The notes: generated from the sequence alone by a model not told the origin. Shown: positions 21,071-33,807, counted from the first letter of the stretch. The stretch: DNA of 64,000 nucleotides from an uncultured Gammaproteobacteria bacterium (GCA_963748215.1 CAVVHS010000009.1:352001-416000), one strand, 5' to 3'. Translations and numbers: made by a program.

Positions 21071-21457
21071 TCATGGCATGTTTATCTGGCAGTCTTTTTC
21101 AGTAAAGGGAAAGACATCGGTAAATCCCATGATGTCGGCGAACGGCAACACCAGAAACACCAGTGCCGCGGCACCAGGCAGGCTGCTACCGTCGGCAGGC
21201 AGCTCCTCGAATTTTTGATTCATGCTGCGCACATCCTCCGGGGTCATGCGTGCAGCGCGCGCGACGGCCATGGCCGGATACACACTGCGTTCGATCAAGG
21301 CGGATTTCACCTCTTGCCGGTCGAGCAGTTTACCAACCTGTCACAGGCAAGTTGATCCTGCTGCTTCGGGCAATAGCTGCCTCGCCGCTACGCTCCATGC
21401 AATGACCAGGAATGTCAAACGGTCGAAATCGGACAGAGATAACTCCCGATTCGCCAT
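21071..21457 (-). pseudogene. PA2779-family-like protein with an in-frame TGA
   Basis: LLDRQEVKSAL...EELPADG...FLVLPFADIMGFTDVFPF; stop at codon 39. Confidence 0.6.
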
Positions 21458-21619
21458 TATTAAATAGCATAATAGTGTTTGTATCCTTTCCCCTTGCTGT
21501 ACCGAATCCAGCCTGTAACAGGATTAATCTGCCCGCCTGAAGTTACCTGACCTGCGTTAGAATACCCAACCACCACCCGAACATGCAGACTCACCACAGA
21601 GCAAACCGGATTATCCTAC

Positions 21620-23245
21620 ATGCTACGTTTGACCGAAATCAGGCTTCCCCTCGATCACACCGAAGACTCGCTCAAGCTCGCGATCCTCGAGCGGCTGGGG
21701 ATTCCGGCGGAGGACTTGCTCGGATATTCCATCGCCCGCAGCGGACATGATGCGCGCAAGCCGAAGGCGATCGTGGCCGTGTACACATTGGATGTTGAAA
21801 TCAAGGGTGAAGCGGCAATGCTTCAGCGATTCGCGCACGATCCGCATTGCATACCCACGCCGGATACCGAATATCACTTCGTCGCACAGGCACCCACCGA
21901 TTTTGAATCACGCCCGGTGGTGATCGGCTTGGGGCCAGCGGGTCTGTTTGCCGCGCTTATCCTGGCACAGTCGGGCTTCAATCCCATCGTGCTGGAGCGC
22001 GGCAAGGCGGTACGTGAACGCACCAGGGACACCTTTGCACTGTGGCGCCAGGGTGTTCTCAATCCGGAATCCAACGCGCAGTTTGGCGAGGGTGGTGCGG
22101 GCACGTTCTCAGATGGCAAGTTGTATAGCCAGATCAAAGATCCGAAACATCATGGCCGCAAGGTGCTCACGGAATTCGTTAAAGCCGGCGCACCGCCGGA
22201 AATTCTTTATGTGAGTAAGCCACACATCGGCACCTTCCGGCTGGTGGGCATGGTGGAAACCATGCGCAACACTATCGAGGCGCTCGGCGGTGAGATTCGT
22301 TTCGAATCGCGGGTGGACGATTTCGAAATTGATAATGGACAGCTGCGTGGCGTAGTGCTCGCCAGTGGCGAACGCATCGCGACGGAGCATGTGGTACTGG
22401 CCATAGGCCACAGTGCACGCGACACCTTTCAGAAACTGTTCGATCGCGGTGTGTATATCGAGGCCAAGCCGTTTTCAATTGGCTTCCGCATCGAACACCC
22501 GCAATCGCTTATCGACACATGCCGCTTTGGCAGGAATGCCGGCAACCCGCTGCTCGGCGCTGCCGATTACAAGTTGGTGCATCACTGCAGCAATGGCCGC
22601 TCGGTATACAGCTTCTGCATGTGCCCTGGCGGCACGGTGGTCGCTGCCGCCTCTGAACCGGGTCGCGTTGTCACCAATGGCATGAGCCAGTATTCACGCA
22701 ACGAGCGCAATGCCAACAGCGGCATTGTGGTCGGCATCACGCCTGAAGATTATCCGGATGGCCCCTTGGCCGGCATCGCCTTCCAACGGCAGTGGGAAGA
22801 ACGCGCTTTTGAGTTGGGCGGTGAAGATTATTCAGCGCCAGGTCAGTTGGTCGGTGATTTCCTGGCCGGACGCCCTTCGACTCAATTGGGCTCGGTCATA
22901 CCGTCGTACAAACCGGGTGTACATCTATGTGACCTGAGCAAGGCGCTCCCCGATTACGCGGTTACCGCAATCCGCGAGGCACTGCCTGCCTTCGGCAAAA
23001 AAATTAAAGGCTTTGCCATGAACGACGCCGTGCTCACCGCCGTCGAGACGCGCACCTCGTCACCGATCCGTATCAAGCGCAATGAAGATTACCAGAGCCT
23101 GAATACGCGCGGACTGTATCCGACGGGTGAAGGCGCGGGCTATGCGGGCGGCATTCTGTCCTCAGCGGTGGATGGCATCAAGGTCGCCGAGGCGGTGGCA
23201 TTAAGTATGGTGCGAAGCCTTAATCCACACGCCCACGATTGCTGA
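21620..23245 (+). CDS. Uncharacterised FAD-dependent dehydrogenase
   Basis: GLGPAG, FGEGGAGTFSDGKL, YSFCMCPGG, GEGAGYAGGI. Confidence 0.92.
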   Translation: MLRLTEIRLPLDHTEDSLKLAILERLGIPAEDLLGYSIARSGHDARKPKAIVAVYTLDVEIKGEAAMLQRFAHDPHCIPTPDTEYHFVAQAPTDFESRPVVIGLGPAGLFAALILAQSGFNPIVLERGKAVRERTRDTFALWRQGVLNPESNAQFGEGGAGTFSDGKLYSQIKDPKHHGRKVLTEFVKAGAPPEILYVSKPHIGTFRLVGMVETMRNTIEALGGEIRFESRVDDFEIDNGQLRGVVLASGERIATEHVVLAIGHSARDTFQKLFDRGVYIEAKPFSIGFRIEHPQSLIDTCRFGRNAGNPLLGAADYKLVHHCSNGRSVYSFCMCPGGTVVAAASEPGRVVTNGMSQYSRNERNANSGIVVGITPEDYPDGPLAGIAFQRQWEERAFELGGEDYSAPGQLVGDFLAGRPSTQLGSVIPSYKPGVHLCDLSKALPDYAVTAIREALPAFGKKIKGFAMNDAVLTAVETRTSSPIRIKRNEDYQSLNTRGLYPTGEGAGYAGGILSSAVDGIKVAEAVALSMVRSLNPHAHDC

Positions 23246-23349
23246 AGGCGGCACTATTGATATCCTGTGTATGGCGAATTACTGCTTATGCAGCCACAGG
23301 CAGCTGATGAAGGCCTGGGCAAGGGATTTCCGGCAGAATCGACTGTTCA

Positions 23350-23910
23350 CAGTTCGGGACTTTTACGGGACACAGTCCTGCACAACTATGCACCGTTATG
23401 CAATCGAGGCAACGGACGCCCCAAATTACCCGTATAAAAACAATCATATACATGCCAACTCTGTCACTCATAATGCTGGGGTCGGTGGTTCGAGCCGAGG
23501 AAGACGCAGTCGGCCGGGACAACCGCGTCGCATTAACGGACGCTGACCCCGAAGGGGCGAGGGCACAGCCCGAGTAATCCAACACGACCTACCATTAAAA
23601 CAACTAGTTACCTCTTGTATTTCTTCCCACAAAAATTGATTGTGGGGATTTTGCAGGGATTAACCGCATACTTTCTCGTTGGCTTGATTTCACCTGTAAT
23701 AAATTCAATTGGTTGCGAATCAGTAACCGACTCGAACTGTCGTTTCCTGGACAAAACATTCGATGCTTGTCGTCGAATGTCGCAGAGTGGCGAATTCGGA
23801 CATACGAAACTGATATCGGAACAACTTCGCTGCATTGTTCAGCCTATGGGGAAATTCCATTTCCTGGCGCCGCTATTTTCAGCGGCGAATTGCCGAGCGT
23901 TCAGGCCTCT
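23350..23910 (+). repeat. att-like repeat copy 3: chimeric tRNA-Met/tRNA-Lys 3' half with T-loop insert plus conserved right arm
   Basis: TCACTCATAATGCTGGGGTCGGTGGTTCG[23493-23575]AATCCAACACGACCTACCA; 23637-23908 matches 48802-49063. Confidence 0.9.
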
Positions 23911-24035
23911 GCTGTTCCACATCATGAGTCAGCAGTGAACGAATGACTGATTCAATCAGCCTCCCTCAGGGAATCGTAATTTTCGCCGATAATCAACCAA
24001 CTAGCTGAACAGGCGTTGCACGCGGCAGTGATGCA

Positions 24036-25520
24036 GTGGGGCGAAGAGTGCCCAGGGTGTGGCCGACATCGCGATGGCGTGTGCCTGTCAATGCAGTCGC
24101 TACGGAGATTCGAGTATTGAACATGTTGGCGCAAAAGTTGGCGGAACCGCAACCGGTAATCACTGATAACCGGCTGCCGAAAATCATCGAGCTGGTATCA
24201 CTCACGCTGGATCAGCCGCATTTCCAGAGTGCGGCAATCGCGCTGGCGACGAAACTGGCCGTCGAACTATCCTGCAGCCGTGTCAGCATCGGCTTCCTGC
24301 GAGGCAGGTTCATCACCGTGCGTGCCCTCTCACACAGTGCCAGCCACGGCGTCAAGACCAGCCTGCTGCGTGCGATTGCGGAGGCGATGGAAGAGGCGAT
24401 TGACCAGGATACGGTGCTGGTCTGTCCGGGCAGGGGCCATGTCAATATCGCACACCGCACACTCATGGAACAGAACCGGGATACAACCGTCTGCAGTATT
24501 CCGCTCGTCGATGACCAGCGGATCATCGGTGCCATGACCTTCGAGCGCAACAACGGGATTGCCTTCGATGCCGATACCGTCGAGCTCTATACCCATGTCG
24601 CGAACCTGGCCGGGCCGATCCTGGAACTCAAGCGCCGTAATGATACCTGGCCGCTTATTCGGCTGGCCCAATCCCTTGGCGGTGTGCTGCACAAGCTGTT
24701 CGGTGCGCGACATGTGATGCTCAAGCTCGCCGCGTTGCTGCTGACCCTATTGACAGGTTTTCTTGCCCTTGCAACCGGCACCTGGCGTGTAACGGCGGAT
24801 GCCGCCCTGGAAGGTACCATCCAGCGCGCGATCGTAGCACCCATCGACGGCTTCATCCTCGATTCCGACATTCGGGCCGGTGATCTGGTGCAGGCCGGGC
24901 AGGTGCTGGGGACTCTGGATGACAGGGAGCTGAAGCTCGAGCAGCAGAAAATCACCAGTGAGAAGGCGCGCCATGCGCGCGAGTATCGCAACGCCCTCGC
25001 CGGGCATGATCGCGCGCAGGTCTCGATCCTCAGTGCGCGCATCAGCCAGTCGGATGCCCAGTTGCAGCTGATCAACAAGCAGCTGGAGCGCATGCAGATC
25101 ACCGCGCCATTGACCGGCGTTGTGGTCAGTGGCGACCTGTCCCAGTCGCTGGGCTCGCCGGTCGCGCGCGGCGATGTGCTGTTTGAGGTGGCACCGCTCG
25201 AAGCCTACCGCCTGGTGCTGCGCGTGGACGAGCGGGACATGAACGCGATCGCGACGGGGCAGGCCGGCAGGCTGAAACTGTCGGGATTGCCCGGTGATGC
25301 CCTGGCTTTCGAGGTCAGCCGGATTACCCCGGTGTCCGAGTCCGCGGATGGCGGCAACTACTACCGGGTCGAGGCACAGTTGCACGAGACCCCGGCGCTG
25401 CTGCGTCCCGGTATGGAGGGTGTCGGCAAAATCGAGCTCGGCGAGCGCAAGCTGTTATGGATCTGGACGCACCGCCTGTTCGACTGGATGAAGCTGAAGG
25501 CCTGGTCCTGGTTGCCCTGA
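24036..25520 (+). CDS. GAF-domain HlyD-family periplasmic adaptor (5' end uncertain or truncated)
   Basis: GAF-like N-terminus, APIDGFI..RAGDLVQAGQVL, LRPGMEGVGKI, WIWTHRLFDW. Confidence 0.85.
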   Translation: MGRRVPRVWPTSRWRVPVNAVATEIRVLNMLAQKLAEPQPVITDNRLPKIIELVSLTLDQPHFQSAAIALATKLAVELSCSRVSIGFLRGRFITVRALSHSASHGVKTSLLRAIAEAMEEAIDQDTVLVCPGRGHVNIAHRTLMEQNRDTTVCSIPLVDDQRIIGAMTFERNNGIAFDADTVELYTHVANLAGPILELKRRNDTWPLIRLAQSLGGVLHKLFGARHVMLKLAALLLTLLTGFLALATGTWRVTADAALEGTIQRAIVAPIDGFILDSDIRAGDLVQAGQVLGTLDDRELKLEQQKITSEKARHAREYRNALAGHDRAQVSILSARISQSDAQLQLINKQLERMQITAPLTGVVVSGDLSQSLGSPVARGDVLFEVAPLEAYRLVLRVDERDMNAIATGQAGRLKLSGLPGDALAFEVSRITPVSESADGGNYYRVEAQLHETPALLRPGMEGVGKIELGERKLLWIWTHRLFDWMKLKAWSWLP

Positions 25521-25521
25521 C

Positions 25522-26343
25522 ATGGCCCGGTCGATGTACAGCCAGCACTGGTACCGGGTGGCGGACATCAGGCCTCGGCTGCGCGGACATATCAGCCTGC
25601 ACCGTCATTACTACCGTGGTAACCGTTGCTATCTCCTGCAGGATGAGGCCACCGGTGCATTTCATCGCTTCGGCCCCGAAGTCTACGAAATGATCGGCCA
25701 GATGGATGGCGTACGCACGGTCAACGAGATCTGGGAAGAGACACTCGACCGGCTTGGCGATGACGCGCCGGGCCAGGAAGAAACGATGCACCTGCTCGGA
25801 CAGCTGCATGCCGCTGATATCCTGCAGTGTGATCTGACGCCGGATGCGCTCGAGGTGTTTCACAGGCATCGTCACAAGCAGCGCCAGGACTGGAAGCAGC
25901 GCGTGCTGAATCCGATGTCGTTACGGCTGCCGTTGTGGGACCCGGACCGTTTCCTGTTACGCTGGCTGCCGTACCTGCGCCCGGTGTTCACCTGGGCCGG
26001 GCTGGCCGTGTGGCTGCTGGTCGTGGCCACGGGCGTGGTGCTGGCCGGCCTGCACTGGGAATCCATCACGGCAGACATCGTTGACCGGGTGCTGAATCCC
26101 TGGAACCTGGTCATCATGTTTTTCACCTATCCCTGCATCAAGCTGCTGCACGAGTTCGGGCATGCCTTTGCCACGCGCCTGTGGGGTGGAGAGGTGCACG
26201 AGATGGGCATCATGTTCCTGGTGCTCATGCCCATCCCCTATGTCGATGCGACCGCGTCGGCCGGCTTTCGGGAGAAGCACCGGCGCCTGGCGGTGAGTGC
26301 GGCGGGCATGATGGTCGAGCTGTTTCTCGCACCGCCGCGGTGA
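25522..26343 (+). pseudogene. PqqD-like/M50 site-2 protease, truncated by a deletion
   Basis: KLLHEFGHA zinc motif, PYVDATAS, AAGMMVELFL then an abrupt junction with adhesin repeats. Confidence 0.8.
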
Positions 26344-29300
26344 TCAACGTGAATAATGCCCCAACCGGCAGCGTGACGATCGACAACATCACTCCTGCCG
26401 AGGGTGACACGCTCACCGCATCCAACACCCTGGCCGATGTGGACGGCCTCAGTGGTCCGGTCAGTTACCAGTGGTACCGTGACGGGCTGGCGATCGGCGG
26501 CGCGACAGGAACAACGTATACCACTACACAGGCCGACGTGGGCGCAGTGATTTCGGTGGCTGGCAGTTACACCGATGACCAGGGCACAGTCGAGAGCGTG
26601 AGCAGCGCGGGCACCGCCGCGGTCACCAACGTCAATAATGCCCCGACGGGTGCGGTGACGATCGACAACACCACGCCGGCCGAAGGCGATACGCTCACGG
26701 CATCAAACATCCTGGCCGATGTCGATGGACTTAGTGGCCCGATCAGCTACCAGTGGTACCGTGATGGCGTGTCGATCGGTGGGGCCACAGCCTCCACCTA
26801 CACGACGGTCCAGGCCGACGTCGGTGCAGTAATCACTGTAATAGCGAGCTATACCGACGACCAGGGTACGGCCGAGAGCGTGAGCAGCACCGGTACGTCA
26901 GCAGTCACCAACGTCAACAATGCCCCGACGGGTTCCGTCAATATCGGTGGTACGCCGACCGAGGACCAGATGCTCACGGCCTCGAACACCCTGGCGGATG
27001 TGGATGGTATGGGGCCGGTTTCGTACCAGTGGTACCGGGATGGTGTCGCCATCGTCGGCGCAACCGCGAGCACCTATATCCTCGGTGATGCCGATGTGGG
27101 TACGACGATTACGGTCGCGGCCAGCTACACCGACGGTCAGGGTACGAATGAGAGCGTGACCAGTGCCGGTGTGGGTCCGATCGCCAATGTTAATGACGTG
27201 CCGACCGGCAGCGTCACGATCGACAACACTACGCCGGCCGAGGGCGACACGCTGACGGCTGCCAACACCCTGGCCGATGTCGACGGCCTGAGCGGGGCGA
27301 TCAGTTACCAGTGGTATCGTGACGGTGTGGCGATCGGTGGGGCTGCCAATAGTACCTATACCACCGTACAGACGGATGTGGGTGCCGTAATCAGCGTGGT
27401 CGCCAGCTACACCGACGACCAGGGTACACCCGAGAGTGTCAGCAGTACGGGTACCGCGGCAGTCACCAACGTCAACAATACCCCGACGGGTTCCGTCAAC
27501 ATCGGCGGTACGCCGACCGAGGACCAGACGCTCACGGCCTCGAACACCCTGGCGGATGTGGACGGGATGGGGCCGGTCTCGTACCAGTGGTACCGGGATG
27601 GTGTCGCCATCGTCGGCGCGACCGGAAGCACCTATACCCTGGGTGATGCCGATGTCGGTACGACGATGACGGTCGCGGCCAGCTACACCGACGGGCAGGG
27701 TACGAGTGAGAGTGTGACCAGCGCCGGTGTGGGTCCGATTGCCAGCGTCAACGATGTACCAGCAGGCCAGCCGGTCATTACCGGTACGGTAGCCGAGGAC
27801 CAGGTGCTCACGGCAGACACCTCCGGCATCAGCGATGCGGACGGGCTGGGTACCTTTGGTTACCAGTGGTATCGCGATGGCATGGCCATCGGCGGTGCGA
27901 CGAACTCCACCTATACCCTGGGTGATGCCGATGTCGGCGCCACGATATCCGTCGAGATCAGTTACACCGACGGGCAGGGAACCAGTGAGGCGATTACCAG
28001 CGCCGGTGTGGGTCCGGTTGTGAACGTGAACGATGCACCGGCTGGGCTACCGGTTATTGCCGGCACACCTGTGGAAGATCAGATAATCACGGTTGATACA
28101 ACAGGCATCACTGATGCCGACGGCATCAGCGGTGCGTTCAGCTACCAGTGGTACCGCGATGGTGTCGCCATTGCCGGTGCAAATGGCGGGGGCTATATCC
28201 TTGGGGATGCGGATGTTGGCGCAATCATTACCGCTACCGTCAGCTACGTCGATGACCAGGGCGCCAGTGAGTCCGTTTCCAGTGCCGGTGTCGGCCCGAT
28301 TGCCAATGTCAATGATGCGCCGACCGGCAGCGTTTTTATCGACAACATGACACCGGCTGAGGGCGACATGCTCACCGCGTCAAACTTCCTCGTTGACGCC
28401 GATGGCCTGAGCGGTGCGATCAGTTACCAGTGGTACCGGGATGGCATCGCCATCGGCGGTGCAACAGCCTCCACCTACACCAGCGTGCAGGCAGATGTGG
28501 GCGCCATGATCAGCGTGGTGGCAAATTACACCGACGACCAGGGCACCAGCGAGAGTGTCAGCAGCGCCAGCACGGCGGCGGTCACCAACGTCAACAATGC
28601 CCCGACCGGCAGCGTCATCATCGATAACATGACACCGGCCGAAGGCGACACCTTGACCGCCAGCAACACCCTGGCGGATGTCGATGGCCTGAGTGGCCCA
28701 ATCGGTTACCAGTGGTATCGCGACGGGGTTGCCATCGGTGGAGCCACCGGCAGTGCCTATACCACCGTGCAGGCCGACGTCGGTGCGGTAATTACCGTCG
28801 TGGCGAGCTACACCGATGACCAGGGCACGGCCGAAAGCATAAGCAGCGCCGGGACCGCGGCGGTCACCAACGTCAACAATGCTCCGACCGGTGCGGTGAG
28901 CATCAGCGGCACACCGGCCGAGGATCAGACGCTTACGGCCTCGAACACGCTGGCGGATGTCGACGGGCTTGGAGCCATCAGCTACCAGTGGTACCGCGAT
29001 GGTATTGCCATTGCCGGTGCGACTGGAAGCGCCTATACCCTCGGTGACGCCGATGTAGGTGCCACGATAACGGTGGCCGCCAGCTATACCGACGGACAGG
29101 GTACAAATGAGAGTATGACCAGTAACGGAGTGGGTCCGGTGGTCAACGTGAACGATGCTCCAACGGGCAGTGTCACCATCGAAAACCCGACGCCGGCCGA
29201 GGGTGACATGCTGACGGCGAGCAACACCCTGGCAGACGCTGATGGCCTGAGCGGTGCGATCAGCTACCAATGGTACCGGGATGGCGTGGCCATTGCCGGT

Positions 29301-30902
29301 GCCACGGGATCGAATTACACCACAGTGCAGGGAGACGTCGGTAGCGTCATTACGGTGGTGGCAAGCTACACCGACGATCAGGGCACGGCCGAGAGTGTGA
29401 GCAGTACGGACACAGCGGCAGTCACCAACGTCAACAATGCCCCGACGGGTTCAGTGAGCATCAGCGGCACGCCGGCAGAAGACCAGGCGCTCACCGCCTC
29501 TAACACGCTGGCGGATGTGGATGGTATGGGACCGGTCTCCTATCAGTGGTATCGGGATGGTGTTGCCATTACCAGCGCGACCAGGTCCTTCTATACCCTG
29601 GGAGATGCTGATGTGGGCGCGATGATTACCGTCGCCACCAGCTATACCGACGGGCAGGGTACCAGTGAGAGCGTGACCAGTGCGGGCGTAGGTCCGGTTG
29701 CCAATGTCAATGATCTGCCAGGTGGCTTGCCGGCCATCACAGGCATGGCGCAGGAAGACCAGGTCCTGGTCGCCGACACATCCACCATCAGCGATGCTGA
29801 CGGTCTCGGAGCCTTCAGCTATCAGTGGTTGCGTGACGGATCAGCCATAGCCGGTGCCACCGGCAGTACCTATGCCCTGGACGATGCCGACGTCGGTAGC
29901 CAGATCAGTGTGACGACCAGTTACATCGATGCCAAGGGTACTGCAGAGAGCCTGACTTCAGCGCAGACCGCGCCGGTCGCGAATGTGAATGATATTCCGA
30001 CCGGTGCCGTGACGATCGATAACCTGATGCCGGGTGAGGGCGACACCATCAGCGTCAGTCATACGCTGGCGGATGCCGATGGTATCAGCGGCCCGATCAG
30101 TTATCAGTGGTACCGCGGTGGCGTCGCCATTGCCGGGGCAACCGGCATGACCTATACGACCACCCAGGCCGATGTCGGTACTGTCATTACCGTAGAGGCG
30201 AGTTACACCGATGATCAGGGTTTCGCCGAGAGCCAAAGCAGTGTGGGCGCGCTGGTTGCGGGTGTTTTTGTCGACCCCAGTGAAGATACAACTGATGAAA
30301 CAGTTGTGCCGCAAACAGAACCCCCTGTGGTTTTGCGTGACAGCATTGGCGCGACCCCGGTGGGAAATGAAGAGCAATCCGGTGTAATGAAGGAAATAAT
30401 TGCCATCCACGAAGTTGCAGCGGAAGGCGATACCGATTACCGGGTCGATCCGTATCAGTATCTGGACGATGCTGACCTTGAACTGGATGAAGTTCGGAAA
30501 GACAACGTTATAAAACATGCGGTGCGCAGTATTGTCCAGGCCGGGTATCAGATAACCGAGGAGATGCTGCAACTGTTTGATCTTGTACGTATCAAGATGA
30601 GTGAAGTGGACGATCAGCCGGCGAGTGGAGTTATCAAGTCTGTGGGTGGTCTCGCCCTGTCTGTGTCTGCGGGCGTTGTGAGCTGGGTGCTTCGCGGCGG
30701 TGCCCTTGCTGCGAGTATGCTGTCATCAGTCTCTGTGCTGAAAGGGTTTGATCCCTTGCCAGTCATGGACATGAATCCCAAGAAGGGTAACCGTCCCGGG
30801 CATGAAGATGATGCAGACAGTGATGTTGATAATATGTTCGAAGAGGCGGATCTGGAAGAGAAGGGAGAAGCTTCGCAGACAGCAGGGAAAGCGGATAAAT
30901 GA
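26330..30902 (+). CDS. Giant repetitive surface/adhesin protein, C-terminal part (N-terminus lost)
   Basis: 14 repeats of 92-94 aa (NVNxAPTG...YQWYRDG...SYTD); C-terminal WVLRGGALAASMLSS..FDPLPV motif. Confidence 0.8.
26345..30250 (+). repeat. 14 intragenic tandem repeats of 276-282 bp
   Basis: YQW codons at 26466, 26748, 27024, 27306, 27582, 27861, 28143, 28425, 28707, 28983, 29265, 29541, 29820, 30102. Confidence 0.92.
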
Positions 30903-33806
30903 CAAGACTTGGTCCTGCGATGCGAATAAGCCTCGGCCTGATCATGGCCGTAGTTTCCATTATCCTGCTGTCTGACCTGATCGGAATTATTCCGGACCGC
31001 TCATCAGCCGTGATTGATGGCAGAAAACGAATCGCAGAGACAGTGGCCGTACAGTACTCTATGGCAGTCAGAAAAAACGATTACGACTCCATTGAGTCCA
31101 GCCTCAAGATGCTGGTCGAGCGGAATGACGACGTGCTCTCTGCAGCATTGCGTGCAGAGAATGGCAGATTGATTGCAGTATCGGGTGATCATGAAGCCCA
31201 CTGAGATGCCAGTCTTGGCGACAAGTCTACTGCCACCCAAATGCAGGTTCCGTTGTATAAGAATGCGCGTTTGAAACAGAAATGGGGCAGCGTTGAATTG
31301 CGCTTCAGGCCTGTAAACCGGACCAATATTCTCGGATTCGGAATCAGTCCCATGCTGGTGCTGACGCTGTTTGTTGCAATCTTCGGATTTCTCGTCTTCC
31401 TGTTTCTTGTCAAGAAAATATTCACATCTATCGATCCCGGCTCGGTGGTTCCCTCGCGGGTCAAACGTGCGCTGGATACGTTGACCGAAGGTGTGCTGCT
31501 GATTGATAACAAGGGCATGATCCTGTTCGTGAATACAACGTTCCTGACAGCCACCGGTACCCGTGAAAAGGAACTGATTGGGAAGCGGGCGGTGAGCCTG
31601 CGCTGGAAGAACATTGATGGCGAGATCCCCTGGTTGAAGACGCTGCAATCCGGTGACAGTGCTACAGGTGAAACAATAGCGCTCGAAACTCCCGGCCAGG
31701 CCGACAGGCAGTTTACCGTTAACAGTTCGCCCGTGCTTGATGAAAAGGGTGTCCGCAAGGGTGCCATGGTGACATTTGATGATGTCACCGAACTGGAAGA
31801 AAGAAATGATGCGCTCAGGGAGATGGTCAATAAGCTCAGGGAGTCTTCGGAGGTAATCAACAGGAAAAACGAGGAACTGCTCATCCTGGCAACCCACGAT
31901 CCGTTGACCAACTGCAAGAACAGGCGCGTACTCTTCAGCAAGTATGAAGGTGTCTATCACGACGCCGTTGATGAAAAGAGCGAATTCAGCTGTCTCATGA
32001 TCGATATCGATCACTTCAAGCGGATCAATGACAGCTTCGGCCATGCGGCGGGAGACACGGTCCTCAAAGCGGTTGCCAATGCCTTGCGTGGCATGTTGCG
32101 CGGTAATGACGAGGTGTTTCGCTATGGTGGCGAGGAATTCTGCATGCTGCTGCCAGCAACCTACGAAGTCAACGCGCAGAAACTGGCGGAGCGATTGCGC
32201 AGGAATATCGAGTTGCAGAAGATTGATAATGCGGTGGCAGGAGAGGTGATCAGTGTAACCGCCAGCATCGGTGTCAGTTCAATCACTTCCGGATCCGGCA
32301 GCTTGTCGGAACTGATCGAGCAGGCCGATATCGCGCTTTATCATTCCAAGAATAACGGACGTAACCGCGTTTCTGTCTGGAGTGAAATGTTGCATGAGAC
32401 CGGGCCGGCGTCTGTTGACGCGCAGGGCGGTAACCAGATGATAGCGGAGAATATGTTGGCGAGAGCCGGCCTCGATCATGTAACGGGTTTGCCGAGCCGG
32501 ATCAATTTCAGGGAGAAGCTGGCGCAATCGATAGTAAAGTCGCGGGAATCAGGCAAGCACACTGCCGTGTTGCTGGTGGATCTGGATACCTTTCAGCGCA
32601 TCAATAATGTATTTGGCTATACCTGCGGCGACACGATGTTGAATACCGTGGCACGAAGGTTGTCAGAATCACTGCGCGCCTCGGATGCGCTGGCCAAGCT
32701 GCCGGAAGGTCTGCTGGATCAGAGTGTATACGGGCTGGGTGGCGATGAATTCGGTGTCCTCCTTGCAGAGATGTCAGCCAGCGATGATGTCAATATTGTT
32801 GTCGAGCGCCTGATTAACAGCATTACCGAACCCTTCGAGGTCGATGGCCACCAGGTACACATGACGGTGAGCATTGGCGGCAGTCGCTATCCCGCTGATG
32901 GCGAAGATGCAGATACCCTGATCACCCGGGCCGGACTCGCCTTGCAGCAGGCAAAACGTATGGGCAATCAAAATTGTCTGTTTTTCAGGGATGAATACAT
33001 CTCGACAGTGAGGCAGGATTACGAGATCGAGAAGGACCTGCGTCGTGCGCTGCAGGCAGATGAATTCGAGTTGTACTTCCAGCCGCAGCTCGATCTGGCT
33101 AGCCTGAAAGTCATTTCCATGGAGGCATTGATCAGATGGCACCATCCGGAGCGCGGCATGGTATCGCCCGCCGAATTCATACCTGTTGCAGAGGCTTCCG
33201 GCCTGATTGTGAATATCGGGCAGTGGGTAATCGAAACAGCCTGCAGACAGATCCGGAGCTGGCTTGACATGGGGATTGTCCTGCCGGTGGCTGTGAATAT
33301 CTCGGCGATACAGTTTCGCCATAAGAGTCTGATCGAACAGATCAGGAATGCAGTAGCATCTGCAAGAATCGATCCGGACTGTCTGGAACTGGAGATCACA
33401 GAATCGACCATTATGGAGAATGTTGACCATGCGCTTGAGACGATGGAGGAACTCAGGAAGTATGGTCACAGGATAACAATCGACGACTTTGGGACAGGCT
33501 ACTCCTCACTCGAGTATCTGAAGCGGTTCCCCGTCAGCACAATCAAGATCGACCGGGCATTCGTCAAGAATGTGGATGAAGACAAGAGTGATGCCGCCAT
33601 TGTGCAGTGCTGCAGTCACCATGGCACACGGTATGAATATGAAAGTGGTCGCGGAAGGGGTTGAGAACGAGCAGCAACTGTTCTTCCTGCGCAATTTGCG
33701 CTGCGACATGGTGCAGGGATATCTGCTGGGTTACCCGCTGCCTGCCTCCGAGGCAATCGCGCTGGTAGATGAAAACCATCGGCAGGCCAACTTAAGGGGG
33801 CTCTGA
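30899..33806 (+). CDS. Membrane PAS-GGDEF-GGDEF-EAL protein, interrupted (in-frame TGA at 31202; frameshift near 33610)
   Basis: RYGGEEF, LGGDEF, MEALIRW, IDDFGTGYSSL, VVAEGVE across three ORF pieces. Confidence 0.85.
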
Positions 33807-33807
33807 T

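Noticed and set aside
23615-23946. Short ORFs in repeat arms (also 8456-8817, 10147-10488, 23286-23585, 48662-49190)
   Set aside because: They are similar only because they overlie the non-coding repeat; frames, starts and stops are not conserved between copies.
26181-26330. ORF-track N-terminus of the 1573-aa adhesin
   Set aside because: It is an out-of-frame read of the M50 gene upstream of the deletion junction.
26345-30250. CRISPR array
   Set aside because: The repeats are 276-282-bp in-frame coding units with no unique spacers and no cas genes.
31202-31204. Selenocysteine or TGA=Trp recoding (also the TGA near 21341)
   Set aside because: TGA is used as a normal stop throughout the window, no SECIS is evident, and both loci show other decay.
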